41,164 bases of DNA from Macrostomum lignano (taxonomy: Eukaryota): NCBI GenBank assembly GCA_002269645.1, contig NIVC01003815.1, positions 1 through 41,164 on the forward strand, written 5' to 3'. Every line of letters starts with the position of its first letter. Within the stretch, counting starts at the first letter, position 1. Positions 15,064 through 27,189 of the stretch are shown in pieces. The notes beneath the pieces are model-generated. The model did no database searches. It was given only the letters and a program-made list of their open reading frames with translations, and was not told where the DNA came from. The translations under genes were made by a program, and so were the position numbers.

Positions 15064-16270
15064 TCAATCGTTCATGCTAGTGACAACAGAGCGAGCCACG
15101 TAGCACAGCACAGCAACGCAGGCAATGAGCAGGACATTGGATAGGCTTATAAAATTTTGTTGCTGATCAATTGGGCCGCCATTTCCATTGTTGGCTTTGT
15201 CCGAATTTTTGTTGCCATTGGATACTGTCTGGCTGGCCGAGCCTTGCTGCTTCAACTGCTGCTGCTGCTGCTGAGCATCGGATATTTCCTGCTGCAGTTT
15301 CTCAGCCAATTCTGGAATAATTCGCGAAATCGATCGTCTCGCAGATTGAATTCTGTGCTCTGGGCCGCCAGGCGCCGCTTCTGATGAGGGAAGTTGGAAT
15401 AAAATAGTTTGAGTCAGTGTGGGTCAGCAGGTGATTCAGTGTGGGTCAGGTGAGTCAGTGTGGGTCAGGTGAGTCAGTGTGGGTCAGGTGAGTCAGTGTG
15501 GGTCAGGTGAGTCAGTGTGGGTCAGCAAGTGAGTTAGTGTGGGTCAGGTGAGTCAGTGTGGGTCAGTAGGTGAGTCAGTGTGGGTCAGGTGAGTCAGTTT
15601 GCGTCAGCAAGTGAGTCAGTGCGGGTCAACATGTGAGTCAGTGTGGGTCAGCAGATGAGTCAGTGTGGGTCAGCAGGTGAGTCAGTGTGGGTCAACACAA
15701 CAGGTGAGTCAGTGTGGATCAGCAAGTGAGTGAGTGTGGGTCAGCAGGTGAGTCAGTGTGTGTCAGCAGGTGAGTGAGTGTGGGTCAGCAGGTGATTAAT
15801 CAAAAGTCAATCACACAGAGAACTCAATGAAGCACACAAATTAGAGCTCACATCAGCGTCTGAGGTCTGCAGGCTGCCAAACGTAGGCGTATTCTCCAAC
15901 ATAAAGCTGAGCAATCCAGTCAGAATAGTGCTGACGCACCAGGCGGGATTCCAAGTGTCCGGATGAAAGTCCGAGATGCTCAAACAGAGCCGGCTGTTCA
16001 CCTTGAACCGACCGCTGGGTGTGATCATGTAGATGCTGGGCGGTTTAAACGGGAACTCTCTGGGAAATACCAGCTTGCCGTGATAGAATCCGCCGTGATA
16101 TGGCGAATCCGGGGGCCTTCAACGACGTAGTGCCATTCGAGTATGTTGCTAGGCAGTGGTTCGGCGCTGATGAAGGGCACGGGGTCGCGCTTTAAGCGAC
16201 TATAATCCTGTTTCAGGCGGGCCGCGGCGGTGGGTGACACGCCTGATGAAGCTTTAGAGACCGGCGGCAT
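15064..16270 (-). CDS. UBE2J2: Ubiquitin-conjugating enzyme E2 J2 (Ubc6 family, tail-anchored); exons 16270-15852 and 15380-15064; two apparent 1-bp deletions
   Basis: RLKQDY....[60 protein letters not shown], and a C-terminal transmembrane helix ([14 protein letters not shown]). The intron 15851-15381 is GT-AG. The frame is restored by +1 base in ggggg (16111-16115) and in gg (15314-15315, giving ELFPE). Confidence 0.95.
15412..15797 (+). repeat. Intronic 19/22-bp minisatellite (cag)caggtgagtcagtgtgggt
   Basis: Tandem array filling most of the UBE2J2 intron. Confidence 0.95.
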
Positions 16271-16380
16271 ATAAGGCGCAGTGAAGCTGCAATATTTTTA
16301 TAATTTCATTGAAAATTTAATAATTTTAACAGCTGCATACGGCTGTTCAGTCGAAGGACTGGGGGATCGCTACACACACA

Positions 16381-16520
16381 CCCTCAATTACCCCAGCTAA
16401 TGCTGGCACCCATTTTACAGCTGTGTGAACTGAAACAATGCTGAGTTAGGTGTCTTGCTCAAGGACACAAATTTTTACAACTGGGTCGAGAATCGAACCC
16501 ACGACCTTTCAGTCTTGACT
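16381..16520 (-). mobile_element. tRNA-derived CORE-like SINE, 5'-truncated copy
   Basis: Near-identical to 34063-34200; B box GGTTCGATTC on the minus strand; followed by a (TG)n tail. Confidence 0.75.
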
Positions 16521-17639
16521 CTGAAGAAATTAGAAAATTTATTCTAAAATTAGAAGTACTTTATATATTTTTTTATTTTTAAAGCTTTAACATCTTATCT
16601 TAAGGTTATTTATATACTCTAAAGATAAAAATATGGATTGGCCAAGTTTTTGGCAATTAAAATAGAAATAAATCAAGCAATAAATGCTTTAGAACTCTAT
16701 TGAAGCAAATAAAAAATATGTCAATGCCATGTCCAGTTTCCTATGCATAAAAATGTGCTAGTGGCTAGAAGCGACTATTTCAAGGCTGCATTAGTTCAGG
16801 CATATGCAAAGCTGGAGCCTCTTGCTTGGAGCTCAAAGGCATCACTGCCAAGGGCCCACAGGCTATGCTAGAGTTTGTGTACCAACTTATTGGCTGTCAG
16901 TTGATTGGGCTAAGGATATTCTTAATATGGCATCACATCTTCACAATATTTTTATAACTTCTGTATTGAATTCAATCTTGTTTGACTGTTCTCAAATTCC
17001 AAGCCCATTCTTAAAATTTTGAGAATTTCTTGAAATGACCTACCTTTAAAAAGGCTGAGTCTCAAAATTTTGAGATTGAGATTGAGATCTTAGTCAGAGT
17101 CTAGTTGTTGCATAGCATGTCTCCTAACTCCCTTATCCTCTCTAAAACAACACTTATTATTTGCATGGTACTATATAAATAGTACTGTCATTATTTACAT
17201 AGTAACTAAATCTATATACTAATTGTGTGCTGTTTGTCTGTTATTGATTTTCTCAAGAACCGTCTAGCTGATTTTTTCAAATTATCCTTTAAAAAGTTTT
17301 TAATTTTTTGGTAATCATGCTTAACTTTTTTTATGAAAAAATTTAGTTGGAAGTAGGTCAAATATTCAAAAAATGATTAAATTTTAATGCTTTTTATAGG
17401 CACCCTGTTTCTAAATTTAATTGCTCAGTTCAACCATTTAGGCCTCTCCTTGGCCAATGTACAGTGTAGAATGTACATTCACAATAAAGTTAAGGAGTTT
17501 TATTATCCTTTGCGTGATGGGCTTGCAATTTGTGGGGTTGGTTGAATTTTATTTTCATTTATTAACTAGTCTAATATAGACTATTGACTAGCAATCTACG
17601 CCCCCCATTGGGGAGCCAAAGAAATGCAATACACGTTTT

Positions 17640-18700
17640 TTTTAATAAGCTACAGGTATCCTTGAAATCTTAAAAAATCTCCTGTCAAACCTTGTAAGCC
17701 TTGACATGTCAGTAATTCCCCCCCACAAGCTTTAACATATCAACTCCCCCCCTTGACATCTCAGCAATGCCCCCAATAAGCCTTGGAAATCTAAAAATAT
17801 CTGTCAACCTTCTAACCCTAACCCTAGCCTAACCCTAACCCTAACCCTAACCTAACCCTAAAGCATTGAAATTTCAGTAATAATTCTCTCTAAGAGTCAT
17901 TATAGCACTACTACAGCATTATAGCGATTCCCTGCAAGCCTCGACATCGTAGGGATTCCCAAATGAATCTCTTAACTTCGACATGAAGCTTCTTTTATTT
18001 TTTTACATTACATTTTTTCTATCAGCGATCTCTCCCCTGAGGAGGCATCAAATAATGTAATAAAAAATTTTCAATAAACTACATGTAGCTTCTGACTTTA
18101 GCCTTGAAATCTCATTTATACCCCCGTGAGCCTTGACATCTCAGCTATTCCCCCCGTAAGCCTTAACATGTCAGCGATGGCCCCCATAAACCTTGAAATC
18201 TAAAAAGTCCCCTGTTATTCTGTTGACCTTGAAACCTGATAAAATATAACCCTCAACCCACACCTGACCTAAACCTAACTTTAACCCAACCTAAAGCCTT
18301 GAAATCTCAGCAATTCTTCTCCCCTAAGCCTTGACATTTTAGTGATTCCTTCTTTAAGAATCACAGCACTATAACGATTTCACCAAGCTTTGACCTCAAT
18401 TTCCAATTCCCAAATGAATCTTTTAACTTCGACATGACTTTTCTTTTATGTATATGTAGTGCTACTTTTATTTTTTACATGACTCTTCTTCTATCAGCGC
18501 CCCCCCCCGGTGGCAAGCCAACAAAGAATGTAATAAAAAAAATTAAATAAAGTACATGAACTTTGAAGTAGCTTCTGACTTTTGCTTTGACATCACAGAA
18601 ACCCCCCCCCCCATAATCTCAGTTATTCTCTGAGAGCCTTGACGTCTCAGTTTTTCTCCCCAGCACAGCATTATAGCTGCATTTAATTTTTACATGACAC
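17640..18700. repeat. Degenerate ~470-bp tandem repeat built from agccttgacatctcag subunits, containing (CCCTAA)n
   Basis: 17900-18115 recurs at 18340-18600, and the agccttga[ac]atctc motif recurs many times. Confidence 0.65.
17812..17861 (+). repeat. Short interstitial telomere-like (CCCTAA)n tract, ~8 units
   Basis: ctaaccctaaccctagcctaaccctaaccctaaccctaacctaacccta. Confidence 0.85.
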
Positions 18701-18786
18701 CTTTCATGTCTGAAATGACACTTTTTTTATTCTACCATGATGCTACTTAATTTTTTAAATGACACTTTCATTAGTTTTTAAATAAG

Positions 18787-21370
18787 GCTTCTATGATTTT
18801 TTACATGACGCTTCTATGATTGTTTACATGACACTTCTATGATTGTTTACATGACGCTTCTATGATTTTTTACATGACGCTTCTATGATTGTTTACATGA
18901 CGCTTCTATGATTTTTTACATGACGCTTCTATGATTGTTTACATGACGCTTCTATGATTGTTTACATGACGCTTCTATGATTTTTTACATGACGCTTCTA
19001 TGATTTTTTACATGACACTTCTATGATTGTTTACATGACACTTCTATGATTTTTACATGGCGCTTCTATGATTGTTTACATGACGCTTCTATGATTTTTT
19101 ACATGACGCTTCTATGATTTTTTACATGACGCTTCTATGATTTTTTTACATGACGCTTCTATGATTTTTTTACATGACGCTTCTATGATTTTTTACATGA
19201 CGCTTCTATGATTGTTTACATGATGCTTTTATGATTGTTTACATGACGCTTCTATGATTTTTACATGGCGCTTCTATGATTGTTTACATGACACTTCTAT
19301 GATCTTTACATGACACTTCTATGATTTTTACATGGCGCTTCTATGATTTTTTACATGACGCTTCTATGATTTTTTACATGGCATTTCTATGATTTTTTAC
19401 ATGACGCTTCTATGATTGTTTACATGATGCTTCTATGATTGTTTACATGACGCTTCTATGATTGTTTACATGACGCTTCTATGATTGTTTACATGATGCT
19501 TCTATGATTGTTTACATGACGCTTCTATGATTGTTTACATGACGCTTCTATGATTGTTTACATGATGCTTCTATGATTGTTTACATGACGCTTCTATGAT
19601 TGTTAACATGACGCTTGTATGATTTTTACATGGCGCTTCTATGATTGTTTACATGACGCTTCTATGATTTTTTACATGACGCTTCTATGATTTTTTACAT
19701 GATGCTTCTATGATTTTTTTACATGACGCTTCTATGATTTTTTTACATGACGCTTCTATGATTTTTTACATGACGCTTCTATGATTGTTTACATGATGCT
19801 TCTATGATTGTTTACATGACGCTTCTATGATTTTTACATGGCGCTTCTATGATTGTTTACATGACACTTCTATGATCGTTACATGACACTTCTATGATTT
19901 TTACATGGCGCTTCTATGATTGTTTACATGACGCTTCTATGATCTTTACATGATGCTTCTATGATTTTTTACATGACACTTCTATGATTTTTTTACATGA
20001 CGCTTCTATGATTGTTTACATGACACTTCTATGATTTTTACATGGCGCTTCTATGATTGTTTACATGACGCTTCTATGATCTTTACATGACGCTTCTATG
20101 ATTTTTTACATGACGCTTCTATGATTTTTATATGACGCTTCTATGATTTTTATATGACGCTTCTATGATCTTTATATGACGCTTCTATAATTGTTTACAT
20201 GACGCTTCTATGATTGTTTACATGACGCTTCTATGATTTTTTACATGACGCTTCTATGATTTTTTACATGACGCTTCTATGATTTTTTTACATGATGCTT
20301 CTATGATTTTTTTACATGACGCTTCTATGATTTTTTACATGACGCTTCTATGATTGTTTACATGATGCTTCTATGATTGTTTACATGATGCTTCTATGAT
20401 TTTTACATGGCGCTTCTATGATTGTTTACATGACGCTTCTATGATTTTTTACATGGCATTTCTATGATTTTTATATGATGCTTCTATGATTGTTTACATG
20501 ATGCTTCTATGATTGTTATATGATGCTTCTACGACTTTTTACATGACGCTTCTATGATTTTTATATGACGCTTCTACGATTTTTACATGACGCTTCTATG
20601 ATTGTTTACATGACGCTTCTATGATTGTTTACATGATGCTTCTATGATTTTTACATGGCGCTTCTATGATTGTTTACATGACGCTTCTATGATCTTTACA
20701 TGACGCTTCTATGATTTTTTACATGGCATTTCTATGATTTTTTACATGATGCTTCTATGATTGTTTACATGACGCTTCTATGATTGTTATATGATGCTTC
20801 TATGATTGTTTACATGACGCTTCTATGATTGTTATATGATGCTTCTACGACTTTTTACATGACGCTTCTATGATTTTTATATGACGCTTCTACGATTTTT
20901 ACATGACGCTTCTATGATTTTTTACATGACGCTTCTATGATTTTTTACATGGCATTTCTATGATTTTTTACATGACGCTTCTATGATTGTTTACATGACG
21001 CTTCTATGATTGTTTACATGACACTTCTATGATTGTTTACATGACGCTTCTATGATTGTTTACATGACGCTTCTATGATTGTTTACATGATGCTTCTATG
21101 ATTGTTTACATGACGCTTCTATGATTGTTAACATGACGCTTGTATGATTTTTTACATGACGCTTCTATGATTGTTTACATGACGCTTCTATGATTGTTTA
21201 CATGATGCTTCTATGATATTTTACATGACGCTTCTATGATTGTTTAAATGACGCATCTATGATTTTTATATGATGCTTCTATGATTTTTTAAATGACGCA
21301 TCTATGATTTTTATATGACGCTACTATGATTTTTTATATGACGCTTCTATGATTTTTACATGACGCTTCT
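18787..21370 (+). repeat. ~2.6 kb satellite of a 22-24 bp unit (tttacatgacgcttctatgattg), roughly 110 copies
   Basis: Directly visible tandem array; unit length varies in the T-run. Confidence 0.98.
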
Positions 21371-21822
21371 TTTTAAAAAGTCTTTTAGTTTTCCTGACAT
21401 TGAAAAGCTTTAATTAAAAAAATTATACTCTATGAAAATTTGAACCATCGTCGCTGCATTTAGCAGTTCAGTGTGTTCACCTCTAGGCTAGCTCTCATCG
21501 TTTTGATAAGATCAAATTTTGCACTTATATAATTCAACACTTGAAAATCCAAGCATAGAGTAAATCACACGAAGCAGTTATGACATAATCAGTTTCTCAG
21601 TCAGTCAGTATCAGTTAACAATATGGTTACGCAATTTAAATCAAGTCTGGTGCTACGCTTCCACACTGCATTTTCAATTCAAGTCGGAGTTACAATTCAG
21701 TTATGATGCAATCTATTTCAGAATCAGAATTCAACCAGTCAGTTTTTTCTCTAGCATTCTTACAATGCATTTCAAGTAGAAAAGTTTGCTTGACCTTTGC
21801 AAAAAAAGTATGTTTTTCGAAT

Positions 21823-22148
21823 ATTTAATGCCTTTAGCATCGAGCAATTTCTTAGCCACGATGCATGTACAGTCACGGGAAAATTTCTGATCGAACAGTG
21901 CTAGTTCGAACAAAATCGGTCCAGCCATTTTTTCTCTAATCGATCACATAGATAGACACAGACAGACCATTTTTAGTATATAGGATTTAATGCCTTTAGC
22001 ATCGAGCAATTTCTTAGCCACGATGCATGTACAGTCACGGGAAAATTTCTGATCGAACAGTGCTAGTTCGAACAAAATCGGTCCAGCCATTTTTTTTCTA
22101 ATCGATCACATAGATAGACACAGACAGACCATTTTTAGTATATAGGAT
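21823..22148 (+). repeat. Near-perfect tandem duplication of a 162-bp unit resembling the end of a non-autonomous Helitron/Helentron-like element
   Basis: 21823-21984 repeats at 21985-22148; each copy ends aaatcggtccagcc...cagacagac...ttttagtatataggat. The duplication is certain; the family assignment is a recalled resemblance. Confidence 0.7.
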
Positions 22149-23892
22149 GAAAGAGTGGGTGCATAAGGTGTGGGGGTTAAAAAGCTGGCCTGAAATTTAT
22201 CAATCCCCTAAACTGCTCTGATCTTGTCTTATTTTATGAATACAATACCAAGTGATGCAATTGCAGATTGGGGCAGTAGCTAATAGGCCTAATTAATTAG
22301 GATTTATTTGGCAAATTGGTAAATAAAATTTATTTATATTTACACCAATTGTTAGTGGGTCAAATATTTGAAAAACAAAGTTTTTAATGCTTTCAATGTT
22401 TGAATTTTTATTAGAATGCCCACCATTGGGGGCTTAGTATCATAGTATGCTTATATATACTTAGCAATATTGAAAAGTTGCCATCACAGAAGATTCCATC
22501 TGTGGTTGCCACTTTTGAGAGTGCAGGTAAAGTCTTTCTATCTTTGCGAGTGACGCAACTTGCTTTGCCACAGATGGCTTGAGTTGAGGAATGAAGTGAG
22601 GGGGGCATGCAGTGTGCAAGGGTTTTGTTGAATGGATTAAAGCCATCCAATTTGTTTTCTTATATCTTTCATTTCAGAATAGTTTAAGAGAAATTGCTCA
22701 CTGGCAGGGAGAGTGGCAACTTTTCAATATTGCTTTCAATATATAATATTTTGAACAATGAAAAAATTGATTTGGAAGTGGGTCAAGTATTCAAAAATTA
22801 TTTTTTTATGCTTTCAATGTTTGGATTTTGAATTTGAATGCCCCCATGGGGGCTTAATGTACTAGTGAAATACTAGTTTTATATACTATGACTATGCAGT
22901 ACTTATAGCTATGGTTCTATTATATTTGACGACAAATCCATTGTTTTAAGGGCGAATGAGTTGCATTTGTAGTCCCTGATAAGGTAAATATTTATAAGGT
23001 ATTTATTTCAATTACTGTATAAATAACAATGGCAATATTTACACAATACTATGCAAAAAACAATTGCCCTCTAATACCCTTTCGGCTTTTTCCCTAATGA
23101 CATGTCTATGAATGCATGCAGACCATTTTGGCAAAGGAATTTTTGGCAAAAGATGCTTTGGCAAATCTGGATTTTTAGTTTTTGTAGGACTTTCTGGCAA
23201 AATAAAGCAGTGATAGGCATAGTGGGCACTAAATTTGAAATTCGCTATGGCGCTGCTACGGTTTAAAAAATTCGCTAAATTGAATTTTGACCAATGGTCC
23301 CAGCAAGTAGGTCATTGATTTTTTGCGCAATTCTATTTTTTTGCACCATTTTATTTTTTTGCGCCTAGCTTAAAGTCACATGGCGTGCACAACCTAGAAA
23401 AGGTGTTCTGTAATTTTTTAGGTACGCAGTATTCTGTGACAAAAATGTTAGCAAAAATGCAAACTGCATTGACATTTGATGCAACTACAACTACCTGACA
23501 GCAAAATTTAGTATACATGTACCTCTTACACTGTTTTTAGAAATTAATGATTCCAGCAGCCAAGGATTACAAATAAAATATTAGTAGCATTTTAGTTTGA
23601 ATTAGTTGATTAAAGTTTAAAAATTAGAACAAAATATAAGAAACCACAAAAAATAGCAGGAAGTCAGACAAGACCTACTGCTAACTTAATAATAAAACAT
23701 AATTAAACTGTTGTAATAATAAATTTTGATTTTAACAGCCTAGATATAGCACAAGACTAAATAATTTAAAATTTGAAGATCAAAAAGTGTTAAGTACATT
23801 AATACATTAATTCCATTTCAATTTAAGTAAGTGCTAAATAAAATTTTGTAATTTAAACCATAGATTGCATTTGATCTAGATCTAGGCAGAGG

Positions 23893-24083
23893 CAAGGAGT
23901 TCTATAATTAGCAACCTGGAGTGGAAACGAGTTTTTCAGTTTTACCTTATGAGGCCAGATTAGCATAGACAGAGTCAGACAGAGCCATAGACATTCAGTG
24001 CTGGCTCTTTATCTTTACAATTGGCGTGGCCTCATGAGGTAAAACTCGCTTCTGCTCTAGATTACTAATTATAGAACTCCTTG
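23893..24083. mobile_element. 191-bp MITE-like hairpin element with perfect 19-bp TIRs
   Basis: caaggagttctataattag (23893-23911) and ctaattatagaactccttg (24065-24083), plus an inner IR (gagtttt...acc.tatgaggcca versus tggcctcatgaggtaaaactc). No clear TSD. Confidence 0.75.
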
Positions 24084-25871
24084 GCAAAGACTACGTACTT
24101 AGCATTAGCAACGAGTATACCATTTTACCCTTTGTTTTGAACATTTTTTTCTTGCATTTTTCCTATGATATTTACTGGCTTCATTGTCCCTAATAATGTA
24201 ATAACTTTTTTGAATATTTAAGAAAAATGGATTAAAGCAACTGTTTTTGTCCAATTTGGAGCTGCTTAGCTCCAATTTTGTACTAATCAGTTGTGAAAAA
24301 TTTGTGCCATAGTGGCAAACAATTTGCGCCATTGCTATAAAATTTGCGTATTTGCACCTTATTTGTGCCAGGTGCAAATTTGTGCCTCACTGGGACCACT
24401 GATTTTGGCTTAGCTTACGCTTCAAAAGCGCTACTACATTTTGCTCAAAATTGCTAAAAATTAAAATTTGCTAAATTTTCAGCAACTAATTTTCTTTTAC
24501 ATCCTTTTAGGGTTCTCAGTCTTTTTCTTTTAAACAATTTTGTTTTACTGATTTAAATTTTTAAATCCTTTTTTTAATTTACATAATGTAATAGTATTTA
24601 GAATTTATAATTAAGTCATGTATACTATATTGATATTGTTATACTGATACTGATAGGGATAGAAATAAAATAAATTGATAGTCAGTCATACTCATAGTCA
24701 AATTCATAGGACTTATAAATAGATCATAGACTGATGCTGATGCCTGATGACTAATGAGTGATGAGTTTAACTTTTCTTTTTTGTTTTTCTTACTTGTCTC
24801 ATTTTCTGCTGCTGTTGTTCTTGCTGTTAGTTTTTGTCTGAATATTTATTTTATCTCCTAAATAAATCTATAAATTTTTATTTTAATTTTTAATTTATTT
24901 AAATTTGATTCAATTGGGAATGTCATAAATTTACAATATAATTCTGTAAATCAGTAATTCAATCAATTCCAATAGTAGAATTTAAATAGTCACATCAATT
25001 ACCATCACTGAATGCCAACTGGCAATGGTGACCAACTTGGCAACTGGCAGTGGCAACTTACTAAGTAAAGTTAGGCCTACTAAACTTACTATGTCTATGG
25101 TAGCCTACTACTATTTGTTAGTGTTAGTGTTACTGTACCAGTTACCTTACCTTATCCTTTGACTTTGCACGGTATAAGTACAACAATTTATAAATACTTA
25201 TAGCCTTTATATAGCCAGCGACATTTAGATTTGAGCAAAAAACGACAAACTAAACAATTAACAACTTTTGATCAGAAAAATCCCAATTTCTAAAAACTGT
25301 GAATCTTGGGAATGAGAACTAGGCTAGGCCTAGTGATATAAATGCTAGCACAATTACTTAGAAGTAGGCCTAATTGAGTAGCAGACTCTAGGCAGAAAAA
25401 AAGTATTCTGATAACTAGGATTAGCCCGATTAGGAATTTTTAGGATTAGAAATATAATAAATACAGAACAGTCGGCCCCAAACAAGCTTGGCTTAAGCCT
25501 AGTGGTGATAATTATATAATATAGTAATAATCTCATTAAGCCTATATCTACATTATACACAGTTGATGATGGATGTTGACGGTCTTTAGCTCTGCTGACG
25601 ATGAACATTCAGTGGATTGCACAGATCGTTTCATTTCAGTGAAAAAAATTGTCTATACTTTTAAATCAAGCGCCGCGTTTCTTAGAACTTATTACTGAAA
25701 CAAATAAATTTTAACTAAATAATTAGAGGCCGTACTACTAGGACATTCGAAATCAAAAAACGTATTAAAAAATAAGAGATCGCGTAGCTGAAATGGTGCT
25801 TTAGTGAGAACAGTATACAAATTTGATGTACCCCCTGCATTTTGACCATTCATTTTGCCATTTTGGGTAGA

Positions 25872-26818
25872 GGGTCGTTCTCAAAGCTAGGTCACAACTT
25901 TTTGTTATTGCAAAAAAAGTTTATACATCGACCAATAATCGTACAAAAAAAATCATTTCGAGATACACATTTGCTGATCATTCTGGTCAAATTTCAAGGT
26001 CCAGTTTTGCACATGTTTCTCTGTAGCTTGGTTACAAGGATTTTAATAAAAATATAATAAATATGTCCAATGAACTAACTGATACATAGCCAAATTGAAG
26101 TATTTTCAAAAACAAAAAAATCATTTGCTCAGTTTACTTTACTTGATATCTTTGTAAAATTTCAGCTCAAAAGGTGCTCCATGGAGAATGCTAGTGTGGT
26201 TACAGGATATTTATTTTGTGCTTCAAAGTAGGAGTTTATTGCGATGCATGGTTGCTTTTAATTATTTTTATCAACAATAGTGCTCTATTTCATAAAAAAA
26301 TTTTTACAAAAAGATAATAAGACATGTTTTTCTAATTATCTGCATCAAAATGTATCATTTTAAGCGCACATTCTGAGACGTCAGCCGAAAAATACATTTT
26401 GTGAGACGCAAAGAGGCTATCCCACCGGAAATGCTAGGCGTACAGTTAAGCGTCTATAAAATCATTTGTAGTGCAGTTTATTGAGCTTTAAAAAATTCTT
26501 AAATTAAATTTATATAAGCTTTCATTTTAAATGTAATATAGCATGGTTTCAACACAACAACAACTTTTTTTAGCTACAGACATCTTGTAGTATCAAAAAT
26601 TAACATCGGTGAAATGATTGAATTTGAATTTTTTCATCGCTAATTATCGCTTAATACCGCCAGATGATTAAAAACACTTTTGTATGATAAAGTTCAACCC
26701 AAAAATTATCTTTATTCACAGATAAAAGTGTCCTATTATTTTCAATATGGCAGTAACAATAGTAAATGTTCGGAAAATTGTTAAAATTTTTGCTCCTCCT
26801 AGAATTAGCGAACGACCC
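25872..26818. mobile_element. Non-autonomous DNA transposon (~947 bp) with GGG...CCC termini and a 4-bp TSD (Sola2-like)
   Basis: TIR gggtcgttc / gaacgaccc, flanked on both sides by taga (25868-25871, 26819-26822); AT-rich non-coding interior. Confidence 0.55.
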
Positions 26819-27189
26819 TAGACTTTAAAACCTGCTATCAAACATGATTTTAAAATTTACGTATTTTTTTCGGCATTTAACCACAATGACAAGATTATAG
26901 TATAGGGATGCTAATAAATGATGTCTTCTAAACAAAGGGTATACGCGAATATTGTCATATTGCTTATAATAGTTTTCAGAGTTGGACATCAGGAAAAAAC
27001 CTCCGGCTGTAACAGCTTAGTAGGACGTCGCCACCGCGGGGATCCAAATCAATATTGATTATTTAAAACAATCATTTTAGACAGAGGCTGCATTTTGAGT
27101 GGCGCCTACAAAAATGCATCTTAAATGCATTGACCCCAATCAACTAAATACACCTGCTCCAATTAATTAAGCCAGATTTGCAACCGACA

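Noticed and set aside
17812-17861. Chromosome end or telomere fusion site
   Set aside because: Only ~8 imperfect units, no inverted head-to-head array, and it is embedded in a larger repeat unit.
18787-21370. Regular short repeats superficially like a CRISPR array (also 9925-10580, 36590-37105, 38632-39203)
   Set aside because: The units are head-to-tail with no unique spacers, there are no cas genes, and the context is eukaryotic.
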